This document shows, piece after piece, positions 28,009 through 42,000 of a DNA stretch of 64,000 nucleotides. This stretch comes from the human T2T-CHM13v2.0 reference genome, Homo sapiens. Position numbers and translations under genes: made by a program. The notes below the pieces were generated by a model, which searched no databases, was not told where the DNA came from, and saw only the letters and a program-made list of their open reading frames with translations. Numbering within the stretch: position 1 is the stretch's first letter; every line of letters starts with the position of its first letter. The stretch is taken from assembly GCF_009914755.1 (NCBI RefSeq), contig NC_060929.1; one strand, 5' to 3'.

Positions 28009-28148
28009 CCCACTTATGCCTAGTGTTCCATTATTGGAATGCTAAGCCTGTGGGAATTATTTATATATTACTGCTCAAGGTCACTGCCAAGGTCTGATTT
28101 TTCACTCATGTAAAAATACAAAAAATTGCAACCTCCGGCATAAATGGG
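28009..28148 (+). mobile_element. MER85, non-autonomous piggyBac (PGBD3-family) MITE, full length 140 bp
   Basis: TTAA TSDs at 28005-28008 and 28149-28152; TIRs cccacttatgcc...ggcataaatggg; internal palindrome gttccattattggaat at 28025-28040. Confidence 0.92.
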
Positions 28149-28292
28149 TTAATTTCTACAAATGGCTGAGATTCTGGTCAGTGGGATGGTGTCCCCTGAT
28201 AAAGGAAGACAAGCTGATAAACTGTCCCAAGGGCTCTGGGAACTGTAACAGAGCCCCCAGTGTCCCAGTCTGAGAGCACCCATCTCACCTAC

Positions 28293-28368
28293 CTGGCAGA
28301 AAGGGGATGATCCGCTGCTTGGGGTCCTTCTGTCCTCCTTCCATGGGAAATTTGTCCAACATCTGCAT
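28293..28368 (-). CDS. SH3PXD2B: SH3PXD2B coding exon (exon 3), PX domain, 76 nt, phase 0-1
   Basis: ccccccacttag|ATGCAGATG...CTGCCAG|gtaggtgag; translates MQMLDKFPMEGGQKDPKQRIIPFLP(G); in frame with the previous exon. Confidence 0.97.
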
Positions 28369-30285
28369 CTAAGTGGGGGGCGAATACCAAAAACAAAAAC
28401 CTTTCATAATGCACTAAACATCATCTAGGACATTTTAAAGAAATTATGTGAAATATGTGATGTGATATACTAAAAGTTCACTGCGTTCAGCTTTCCAGAA
28501 ACCCAAACTAATGGGAAAGGCAATTTCAGTTGGACCTAGAAACCCCATGAAAACAATGTTTATATCCACAGCCGCCAGATTTGTGAAGGTTCAGAGTTAG
28601 GAGAGACCATTCCCGGCTTTCCTGGGGTTCTCCATCCACAGGATCTGAAACGTGAACAACACTCTCAGGGCCACCAGGATTTCATGGACAGCGGGTCATC
28701 CTGCTCCTAAGTATTTCTGGGTTGAGGTAAGGAATAAATCATTAGCATCCAATCAATGTGGTTCGGTTCATGCTTATGAGGGCACTATATTCCCCTGACC
28801 CAGGAAGAATTCTTCAGGTCGGCTCAACAGATAGCTTTGGGCCTGGCTCTGTGCTAGAGGAACAGGAGACAGCGAGGAAAAGATTCATAATCTAGAGAGG
28901 GGACTGAGAAGAGAACTGATCATTAAAAGGTGGTGCAAAGAGAGGGAGGTGTAGGCTGCTGTGGGGGTAGAGGTACAAGAGGGCAGAGTCCCCAAAACAA
29001 AAACCTTTCATAGTACCATAAACGTATCTCTGAAAGCTTCAGGGACTTCATGTGAAATATCGGATTTGGCATACAAAATCACGAGGATCTGCTTCTTACT
29101 CCCCATGGGGTCTTAGGAAAGTGACAAAACCTTTTAGGACCTCATCTTTAAGTCTGCCATAAGGACACTGACTTGCAGCGTTATTTTATGGATTAAAGCT
29201 GGGCTGCGGAAGTCATTAACGCTGTTGTCAAATATTTCTGGTTCTTCTTCTGAGCACATGGTAGATTTGTACTTTCCCCAGTCCCTTGAAGTAGGATGTG
29301 GCCAATCCATGTGAGCTGGAGACATGTGTCACTTCAGGGTGGAAGATGATGACTGGTGGATGCTTTCCCACTTGCTATTTCCCTCTTCCATGGGGATTGG
29401 CCACTCTCCAGAGCCTGGCTTCTCTGCTGGCCGCAGTCATGGGATGAGGTCCAAAGACCCCAGTGACCTCTGCTGGACATGTGGCCTGAGTGAGCTATGC
29501 CAAGATGCTCTGGTTGTATAGTGAGGTTATCTGCATAAGCAGCATCTTAACCTACCCTGTTTAGTACACGGGTCAAGGAATCAAAGCAGATGGTGAGGGA
29601 GAAAGTCCCAAGCCTTGTGGAGTAATGGCTGGAATGTGAAAAGCCTGCCCACAGGAAAGTCACTCTGGCACTTAAGATCTGTCCCTCTCATGGAATAAAA
29701 GAAACTTTGAAAAGTCCAGGAGAAATACACCAGCTATTGTGTAGGCATTTGGGGAGGGAGGGGAGGACCCGAAGTGGGAGAGAACAGAGATATGTATACG
29801 AAACACCTACTATCTGCCAGACATGGGCTAGATTCTTTAGAAACATTCCCTCATTAAATCCTCGATCATTGCTTTAAGGTGGACCTGACTGTCCAGGAAA
29901 CTGAAGGCCTGTAGCCAACAAAGCGGAGGGGCCAGAGACTGAAGACCACTTGCTTCTTTATCATCAAATCACCTCGTCTCTGAAATGCTACAAAGACAAT
30001 TAAAAAGGCCAGGGCTGCTTTCCCAGGCTGGAGCTCCCGGCCTCTTTGGTGCTGTTCTACACGATGCCCTGGGCAGGTGAGTCAGCCTCAGCTTGGCTGC
30101 GCATCCTGGAAGCTGCTGGAATGCACGGCCTTGCCCCAGAAGTCTTTAAACTTTTAAACTGTGGGTTTTTTTTTTTCCTTCTCTCTTTTTTCCCTTGGTC
30201 GCTAGCTACAGGTTTATTAATCTTTATCGTTTCAAAGAACTTGCTTTTAGTTTCACTGATTTTCTTTATTCTTTTTCTGTTCTCA

Positions 30286-30871
<586 letters not shown>

Positions 30872-31123
30872 TAATTTTTTAAATTTCTAAAATTTAATTT
30901 TTAATTGACACATAATAATTGTATATATTCATGGGGTACATTAGTAATGTTGATTCACATAATATGTAGTGATCAGATCAGCATATTTACACATTCATCA
31001 TCTCAAACATGTATCATTTATTTGTGTTAGAAATATTCAATGTTTTCTTTCCAGCTATCTGAAACTATATAATACGCTATTGTTAACTATAGTCATCCCA
31101 CAGTACTATAAAACACTAGAACT

Positions 31124-31432
<309 letters not shown>

Positions 31433-31685
31433 CAAAACACTAGAACTTATTCCTCCTATTTAGCTGTGATTTTGTTTCCTTTTACAAATCTCTCCCTATC
31501 TCCCCACTTCCCCCTACCCTCCCCAGCCTCTAGTTATCCTCTGTGCTACTTTTCACTTTATGAGATCAACTTTTTTGGCTTCCACATGTAAGTGAGAACT
31601 TTATGTTCCTGGCTTATTTCACTTAACATAATGTCCTCCAGTGGCATCTATGTTGCTGCAAATGACAGGATTTCCTTATTTTTGA

Positions 31686-32070
<385 letters not shown>

Positions 32071-33829
32071 TGATGGGTACTTAGGCTGATTCCACACCTT
32101 GGCTGCTGTGACTAGAGCTGCAATCAACATGGGATGTATTATCTCTTAGATATACTGATTTCCTTTCCTTTGGATAAATGCCTAGTGGTGGGATTGCTGA
32201 ATCATATGGAAGTTCTCTTTGCAGTGTTTTGAGGAACCTCTACATTGTTTCCCATGGTGGCTATACTAGTTTACGTTCCCACCAACTGTGTGTAAGAGTT
32301 CCCTTTTCTCTACATCCTTGCCAGTATTTTAAACATGTGGTTTTATTTGTGGTTTTGAGTCATTGTCCCCTGTTCTGTTGCCTGGTGAGGTGGAAATGCT
32401 TGGTCCATTGTCATTCAGAGACAGGTGAGGCCACAGTGGGGACTTGCTGGAAAAGGCAGCCTTCCTTTTGTGAATCCAAGAGCTCTTCAATGCCAGCACA
32501 TAGTAGATGCTCAATAAAAACGGGCTGAACTTGATGTCAATGAAGAGAGGTTGTGAGTGGCGAGGACAAGGGGCTATGCTCTGTACTTTCCAGTCAATTT
32601 TTCTGAGAACCTAAAACTTCTCTAAAAACTAAAGTTTATTGATTAAAAAAAAATTGGCTGAACCAATGAACGCAACTGAGCAAACGCTTTGGGAGGCAAC
32701 TTCAGGAGATGTTTGCTAAGTAACTCTGAGGAATAATATTCACATTACTAATACTAAATAATAATTAGTAATCACAACTAACACGTATATAACAGTTCAC
32801 AGTGAACATGTCCTCTCATATACGATCTCATGTGACCTTGACAGTAACTCTGTGACATAAATGTTACATTCCCCTTGTCACAGATGAGGTAACTGAGAAG
32901 CAGAGAGGGCAGTGAACTTGCCTGAAGTCACACAGCTAAGTGGTGTGTCCAGCCAGTCCATGCATCTTTGTCTAAATTCCATTCTTTTTGCCTAAGACCA
33001 CTCTTTGAGGCAGCTTCAGAGTGTCACGTGAACACAAAAGTCAGCCTGAGATGAGGTAAGTTTAATATTCTGTGCACATGTGAACAGCATGCTTTCTTTT
33101 TGAAAGCAGAGCCATTAATCAGTCTCACCTGTGGAGTATGTTAGAGATTTATAGGTTTTTGCCTAACACTATCTACTTTTTCCCTTCTCAATTTTATTTG
33201 TTAAGACAATGAAACACCATTAAAGGGAACTTTTTTTTTTTTAAAGAATGCACCAGTAATCTGTCCACCCTAACATGACTATTTCCAATCTCCGGGTTCC
33301 TTTGGAGTCCCTGCCTGAATGTACATGTCAGCCAATGAGTCCCTGCCACTGCTGTGTTTTTCAGTCCTCAGAGGGGTCTCTACTGCCTGGTCTTAAGAAG
33401 CTGCTCTCTTGCCCTTTGTCCTGACTTGATTTTACCCAGATCAGCATGGCCCAAGGAGCTGAAAGGCCTCCCTTTGTGTTATTTATTTGTTGGAGGTGGC
33501 AGATCTGGGTTTAAATACTGCATAGTCTAACCACAGACATGACTGCTGGGGACCCAACAGCCCCGGGGTTCAATCCTGATGCTTCCTCATGCCAGCTGTG
33601 TGTCCTTGGCCAGACACTTCATCCCTGAGCCTGTTTGGCCGTCTGCAGGATGAGGGACGCAGCCTGCTCCGCGGCGGGGCTGGGTAAATGAGTGCTATGT
33701 GGAAACTCTGGGGAGCACACCAGATGCTCAGCAAGAAATCCCTGCTCCTTACACTCTGCCCATATTGAATATGTTATTTTGAAAGTTATTTGGGGATAAC
33801 TTTTAGTAGTCTGTAAGGCTGTGTGGTTT

Positions 33830-34205
33830 TTTTTTTTAATCGTGTTAAATATACACAAGAGAAGATTTACCATTTCAACCACACTTGAGTGTACAGTTCA
33901 GTGGCATTCAGCACATTCACAATGTTGTGTAAACATCACCACCATCCATCTCTGGAACCTCTTCATCATCCAAAACTGAAACTGTGACTCCCCCCTCTCC
34001 CTCCCCCTGGGCCCTGGCAACCACTACTCTGCTTTCTGCCTCTATGAATCTGACTGTTGTAGCTACCTCCAATAAGTGGATGACACAGTACTTGCCCTTT
34101 TGGGACTGGCATATTTCACTTAGCATAAGGTCCTCAAGCTCCATCCATTTTATAGCATGTGGCAGAATTTCCTTCTTTTTTAAGGCTGAATAATATTTGA
34201 TTGTG
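33830..34205 (-). mobile_element. L1MB-like 3' end fragment
   Basis: ORF 33917..34300 shows L1 3'-like YYSALKKKEILPHA..WMELED.MLSE; DNA tttaccatttcaacc...gtacagttcagtggcatt. Confidence 0.72.
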
Positions 34206-34265
34206 AGGCTGTGTTTTAAGGTTGGCAAAAAACCCCTCAGGACTGCCCGGGTGGCCCCGTGGCTG

Positions 34266-34478
34266 TAGCAGGGCTGTCTGCTGGCACTTTCTGCCATCAT
34301 GGAGGTGTTCTACATCTTGCTGTCCAATCCAGTGGCCACTAGCCTCCTGGTAGCTACTGAGCAGGTGAAATGCTGCTCCTGCAACTCAGGAGCTCAATTT
34401 AAAAATTTTCTTTAATTGACTTGAATTTACATTTAAATACCCTCATGTGACGAGCAGCTGCCATCCCGGACAGTGCAG
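34266..34478. mobile_element. MER3-like hAT element
   Basis: ctttctgccatcatggaggtgttctacatc..gctgtccaat..gtggccactagcc...ggacagtgcag. Confidence 0.7.
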
Positions 34479-36212
34479 GGCTGGACTATCACAATATCCT
34501 CCTATTTAAACCACATCCAATTTTATTTCGTTTTCTTCATCACTGTGTCCAATGTCAACGGCCATCTGTGAGTTTGCTAGTTGCAAAGACTAGGACTCAG
34601 GATAAGATGCTGGGGGATTAGAGCCCTGCAAGCTTTCCTTGTCGAGCTGGTCTTGGTGTGTCCAGGTTTACGGCCACCAATTGCGTCTATGCAGAGAACT
34701 GTAACACTAGGCATCCAAAGGCCTTGAAGTAGGTTCTCCAAGGGACCAGGCTCAGGCTGTCTGCAGCAGCAGGAGCAGAGGCATGCTCCTCAAAGCCTAA
34801 CCCATGTCATCCTTGGTAATGAGAAAACCCACTACCCGCGCTCCCCCCAGATAACAAAAGAAGTGGCGCTCAGGGCGAGGAGGACTGGAAACTGAAGAGG
34901 AAGATGAGTCATTTGGGGAGTAGGAAGGGAGAAGGAGTCACATCAAGTTGCCACATCACAGGCTTCCAAGAAGAAAGAGAGAACACTCCATCAGCAGTTT
35001 TCAAGACATCAGCTTGCGGTAGAGGGAATGCGAGACACGCTGTCCAAAGAACACGCCATGGAAGCTGGCCACCGCACGTGGTTTGCGTTAGCAGCAGCCA
35101 TCGAGGCTGGACTTGGGAGGGGTTTACCCCCTCAATATCACAAAAGCCCCAAGTCCCAGCGGAGCCGGAGCAGGAAGTGGAGAAAGGCCTGGGGCCATCA
35201 TGCGCAGCTGCAGGCTGGCAGAAAGCCACAAGGTCCTGGGGCAGGGCTTTCAGGGCCCTGAACACAACGGTGTCCCTGGGCCTAGTCTACCATCTGTGGT
35301 TTGTTGTCTTTGAGGATTCTGGCCCCTCCACGAGCTGGTCTAAATATCAATGTGTCTGGTGTCCTGATGGACGTGCCGCACGGAGGCTGCCACCACCTCC
35401 GGTCTGTCCACTTCTCTCCATACTTACTGCTCCCCCTAAGTCCAGGCCTGTATTTTCTCAGTTCAACCCCCTTACTACTGTTTGCCCTCTCTTCTGCCCC
35501 ACTACCTCCTCACTGGTACATGGTAGGCACCTGTTAGATATTTGTGCAAAGAACAAATGAGTAAATGAATGAATGAATGAATGAAAAAACAAATGAGAAA
35601 AAGTGGTTAACTGGTTTGGTCAGCCACTCTCTGGGAAAGGAAAAATTACATACCAGGTGGCAGCAACAGGGCCTGGACCTGAGTTTAGCTGCAACTGCCC
35701 AAGATAATCATGCCTCTTTCTATTTTAGAAATAAAGAATTGCTAACTATGTGGAAAAAGGCAACTACGGTATTTTCCCAGTGACACACCTTCCATATGGT
35801 AATAGCTTTTAGTGGGAAGGGAAAACTATTCCATTTAAGTATGCACAACACGTTGGAGGCATACTCCAATTCCAGAAGATAATGTCTGGGAGAAAAAGTG
35901 TGTCTGAGGATGGAGTAAAGGCAGTATTTGGATAAATATGGTTGGTGGAGTCTTGGGCCAGATGTTGGCTGGGATCTTGCTGGGAAGGCTTCCCGGCCAG
36001 GCAATGCCTGCCTAGGGAGTGAAAACTCTTCAGTTCTGCCACCCCCTAGACCTGTCCTCAGAAAAGCTGGAAGAAAACCCTCCCTTCCCTTTGGCCTCTG
36101 CAGTGGAGCATGGGGGCTTATGGGCAGATAGTCTTAAAAAGTACACTTGGGGCTGTTAAACTCCCAAGAGGGCCGAGGTGGAAGGACCAGGGTCTTAGAA
36201 GGAGACAGGTCA

Positions 36213-36521
<309 letters not shown>

Positions 36522-38071
36522 TCAGTCCTAGCTCAATGGAAACTGGAAACAAGCGGTTTTTGCTGCATGACTTGGGACAGTCTCTGGAGAGACAAAGGCA
36601 TAGACGGAGATGCAGCCTCCACCTGTGATTTGAGGCGTCCAAGAACTGCTCGAGCCGTAAGCCCCTGAGCCTAGCAGCAACGCTCTGGCACAGCGTGCGG
36701 AGCAGGAGAGGAGCCAGAAAAGCTTCTCTGGATCTCTGCAGCATGAACTTCCCCGTAGGGAGTGTTCCTTCTTACAGATGAGGCTGGCATTTCTCCCGAG
36801 GGCTCCTTCACGGGCAGAGTGACTCAGCTGGTTCTGTGCCCCCCTGCCAATGTTGGAATTCTGGAAGATGCCCAGCTAAGACTCCTGCTCCATTGCACCT
36901 CTGCACCTTTGCACATGAGGTGTCCTCTGCATGCAATGCCCTCCCCCATTCGGTGGAGGGGCCACTCCTTATTCATTGTCAAGACCCTGCTCAGATGTCA
37001 CCTCCTCCAGCAAGTGAGCCCTGTCTGAGCTCCCTGGCTAGGAGGGAGGTCCCTCTGTGAACACCTGGATTTCTCTCTATCTGAAAGAACATGTGCCTAT
37101 TCCCACTACACTGGAAGCTTATGGAAAGCAGAGATCCATCTGGGTCCCTTGTGGCAGCTCGAGGTCTAGGTTAGCAAATGTTTAACTGTGCCTTCTGTGA
37201 GGGAAGCCCTGGCTCCAGTGATGACCATGACCCTTGGCCTGGGGGACACAATGAACCAGTGGGAACTCAGAAGACAAAGGTTGCACGGTACAGTGTAGAG
37301 GGGCTCATGTTTTGGTCAGAACTGCCCTCTGTGGATAGACTCTGCCTGTATCTTAGAGGGAGGAGCCAAATGGGCCTTAAAAAGGGGCAGCCATAGGCAG
37401 GACTCTATGTGGGTAAATCTATCTTTCAATAGGCAGATTGAAAGGCAATCCCGGGGCCCAAGGAGGCAGGGAGGTTAGGAGTGCAAGTTTCAGATCCAGC
37501 CACACCTGGGCTTGAATCCCAGCCATGCTGCTTTCTGGGCATGTGACTCTGTCTTTCTGAGCTTCAGTTTCCCCATCTGTGAAATGGATACAATACTGAC
37601 CTCATGCCTGTGAGGACAGAATGAGATGGCATATAAGATGGGCATCTGGCACATTCCAGTTAGTGACTGCCGATATTGTTACTATGTGGCTCAACCCAGC
37701 CACATTTCTGCTAGGCACTACCCTCAGCTCTCTGGGCACTCCAGTCATCCCCAGTGCTCTGCCTGGATGCCAATTTCCTTTGCCACACTGATGGACTCCC
37801 CAGAGTAGTCCCAAGCCAGGGCAGAAAGGGAGAATCAGAGAGGCTGGGTGACCATCCCAAGGCCGCACAGCTGGTAAGACAGAGGGAAGGACCCGACACC
37901 AGGTATTCTTATTTCAAGCCCAGGGCTCTATCCCATTTCCTGCACCCTCAGGTGAATGAGACGTGTGGTCAGATGTCAAGTAAGAGCATCAGGCATCACT
38001 ATCAGGCCCTTCTAAGGTAAGCAAGTCAGGAAACCAAGTTGGAAGGTGAATCTTCATAAAGGGGAACTTCC

Positions 38072-38356
38072 AGCCGGGCGCGGTGGCTCAGGCCTGTAAT
38101 CCCAGCACTTTGGGAGGCCAAGGTGGGTGGGTGACTTGAGTCCAGGAGTTTGAGACCAGTCGGGGCAACAAAGCAAGACTCCGTCTCTACAAAAATTTAA
38201 AAAATTAGTCAGGCGTGGTGGCACACACCTGTAGTCTCAGCTACTCGGGAGGCTAAGGTGGGAGGATCACTTGAACCTAGGAGTTTGGGGCTGCAAGTGA
38301 GCTGTGATGGCGCCACTGCACTCCAGCCTGAGTGACAAAGTGAGACCCTGTCTCTA
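38072..38356 (+). mobile_element. Alu (AluJ-like)
   Basis: Full body ending gaccctgtctctac with no A-tail. Confidence 0.88.
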
Positions 38357-38357
38357 C

Positions 38358-38652
38358 TTTTTTTTTTTTTTTGAGACGGAGTTTCGCTCTTGTTGCCTAA
38401 GCTGGAGTGCAGTGCACGATCTTGGCTTACTGTAACCTCTGCCTCCCGGGTTCAAATGATTCTCCTGCCTCAGCCTCCTGAGTAGCTGGGATTACAGGTG
38501 CCCACAACCACGCCCAGCTAGTTTTTGTATTTTTAGTAGAGACGGGGTTTCACTATCTTGGCCAGGCTGGTATCGAACTCCTGACCTTGTGATCCGCCCA
38601 CCTCGGCCTCCCAAAGTGCTGGGATTACAGGCGTGAGCCACTGCGCCCGGCC
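38358..38652 (-). mobile_element. Alu (AluS-like), tail-to-tail with the previous Alu
   Basis: TSD ctctacttttt on both sides. Confidence 0.9.
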
Positions 38653-38704
38653 TCTACTTTTTTTTTTTTTTTTTTAAAAAGGACCTTTTCATAGAGACTG
38701 TGAG

Positions 38705-39017
<313 letters not shown>

Positions 39018-42000
39018 TGACTGTGAGTCTCTTTTCCCACAAGGGAGCCTGGGTCATGCTCCAACTCCTCAGTGGCCTCTCTGCAGACTGTTTCCTCTGC
39101 CTGAATGTCCTGCCCCCGTTGGAGGGGGCATATTGTTTTCTATCACCTACAGGCCATTTCCATGATGTCCTCCAGGGAATCTGCCACTGCTCTGTTAGTC
39201 TCCATGCACTGGCAGGACACTGATTCTACTTTCAGTCCCCAGGTTGGTCCCGAATAGCCTGGTCATGTGACCCAAGATGAGCCAATGAGACTTTTGCTTT
39301 AACTGTTGGGGTGTTCTCTTTCCCTGAAGTCGCTGGGCTATCTGTGGGATGCAGCCTGGGGCTGTGGCTGCCACCAGCTGGACACCAACTGGCCTGGACA
39401 CAAAGAAAGCTAAGAAGTGAAGAAAGCCAAGTCCTCATTGATGTGTGGTGCCTAGATCCAGCCACACCTGAAGCCAATTTCCTTAGACTTCTCAGTTACA
39501 CTCAGCTAATCAATGCTCTGTTTGAATAATCCATCTTGACTGGGCTTCTGTCATTTGTACCTAAAAGAGTTCTGATGAAAACAAGATCTCATGGCCAGCA
39601 AGTGGCAGAATTTGGATCAAAGCCCAGCCCTGTCTAATCCCAAAGCCCAGGATCTTCACCACTCTATTAACTGGCATCATCTCCTCTAATCTTTACGCCA
39701 ATTCCTAGCAGCACCCATGCCCATCAATAATCCTAATAGCTGACATTTGCTTGGTGCTCGACAGCCTAGAAACTGCTCTGGCACTCACCATCCCTTTTAC
39801 ACTGAGATATACTTCACATACCATAAAAGTCACCCTTTTAGAGTGTTCAATGTAGTGGCTTCCAGTATATCCATAAGGTTATGCCTCCATGACCACTAAA
39901 TCATTCTAGAACATCTTCATCACCCCGAAAAGGTACCCAGTACCCATTAGCAGTATCTTCCCGTTTTCCCCTAGCCTCTGGCAGCCACGAACCTGCTTTC
40001 TGTCTATGAATCTGCCTCTTTTGGACACAGATAAGTTTTAACTCACGAGAACCTTGTGAAGCAGCCACTAGAGAGAGGAGCCCCAGAAAAGCAGAGCAGC
40101 TAAAAGTGTGGATACTGGGGTCGCCTGCCAGCTTCCAATCTGAGCTCTGAGGCTCACTAGCTGTGTGACTTCGGGCGAACCACTTAACCTCTCTGAGCCT
40201 GGGTTTCTTCATTTGCGTAATTGGATAAGCTTGTCTGAAGGACTGAATGAGTCACTACATCTAGATGTTTAGCAGGATGGGGGCCCACATTCAGTGTTCC
40301 AGAAATGCCAGCTGTTTCTATTGTTTTCACCCCATGTCACCAATGAGGGCTCTCAGGCACAGAGGGGTTAAGGGGTGTGCCCAAGGCCACACAGCTGGAG
40401 GGTGGCTGGGCCCCAGGTCTCCTGACTGAGTCCTCTGCTTTTTCCATTACGCCACACTGGCCTTGCTGCTCCTCCACCAAGGCTCGGCTCTCCCCACGCT
40501 GTTTGGGCCAAGTTACTTCTGAAAAAACCAGGGCTGCTTGCCAGACAAGAGGGAGGGGAGGGTGGAATCATGAAATCATCTAACTCCAGGGTGTTGCAGG
40601 CCCGCAAGGGCTGGTGCGATCCTGCCCTAACCTCTTCCAGCTTTCCCTGCTGGGGTGTGTGTGGGGGAGGAGGCGGCCGGTTCCACGATGCTTCCAGGAT
40701 AAGCAGGACCCTCTGGAATTCCATGACTTTCCCACTCCAGCCGTCCATCTGGGACTCTGAGCCTGGATGAAGTCCTGCCTTAGACAACTTTGTTACAGGA
40801 GGGAAGCCTGTCACGGCAACCCCCCAGTTATTACCGATTATGCTGAGCATGGAGGAAAACCTTAAGTTCTGGTAGAAATAAGAAAGTTGAGTCGGAACAG
40901 GAGAGTGGAAGGAACACTGGCCTTGGGACAGGAAGACCCGTGATCAAACCCTGGCTCAAGCATTCCCAAAGGGTATCAGCTTGGGCAAGTCACACCTGTG
41001 CAGAGGGACGGCTGACAGCTAACGCGCTTACTGAGCCAGGTGCGTCCGCTTAACCAGCACAATAAATGCACGAGGAAGGCACTTTCATTCCTACTATGCA
41101 GATGAGGAGGCTGAGGCTCAGAAACATACAGCGGTGACCCCAAGCTGAGCCCTGAACAGGCAAAGCTGAGATTTGCACCCAGGTCTGTCTGACTGAAAGC
41201 CAAGGTCTTAAGCCTTAGGCTGCGCTGGAACAGGGAACTCAGAGAACCCAGTCCACCTTGCACAGGGCCTGGCCGCGTGCCTCGACATGTCAGCAATGAA
41301 CAACATTTGCATAAGCACTTCCAGGGCCCCCTTCCCACTCCGCTTCTCATCAAATCTCTTCCAGATGACTCTACGTCCCCACCTCCTCGGCAACAGCTGA
41401 CAGGCTCAGCAGTGAACTATGATCCAGGGCCCTTAGGACAATCAGATTCTCCCTTCTGGAGACTGGAATCAGCATCCAGAAACTCTAGTGCTTTGACAAC
41501 AGGGAAGGACACTGCAGCTCCAGGTGGAAGGTGCTCACTGGGGGTTGCTCTTGGGGGATGTGGGCCAGTGGGCAACTGCAGGAAGTGGTCCAGAACAGGC
41601 TCCATGGGAGATCCTGAGGCTACAAGGACAGATGGCCCGGGAGCTGCCAGCTGGTTCCTGGCCCCTGCGAGGCTGGCTGCATTTTCTGCTCTGGGTTTCA
41701 GGGAACAATATATCCAACCCCACCCCTCTCTTCGTGCCCAAGCTAGCTGAGTGGGCTTTGCTCGGTGGATGTAAATAATTCCTGGGATAACAATCAGGTG
41801 TTATTGTTCTGTACCTCCTCTTCTGCTCCTTGGAGGTGTCAGGCAGGCAAGAGGCCTCTGAAAGCAAAATACAGGTAGCCCTCCCTATCTAGACCCTCAC
41901 TGCACAAAAAGTCAGTCTAGCAACTTGCAAACATGTTTACCTAACACTCACTCTTTGAAGACCTGCTATAGTGAATCAGCATAAATCACCACAGATCTGG

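Noticed and set aside
34904-35560. 218-aa plus-strand ORF
   Set aside because: No recognisable domain, composition like random GC-rich intron, runs into an L2-like (gaat)n tail, and is antisense to the host gene.
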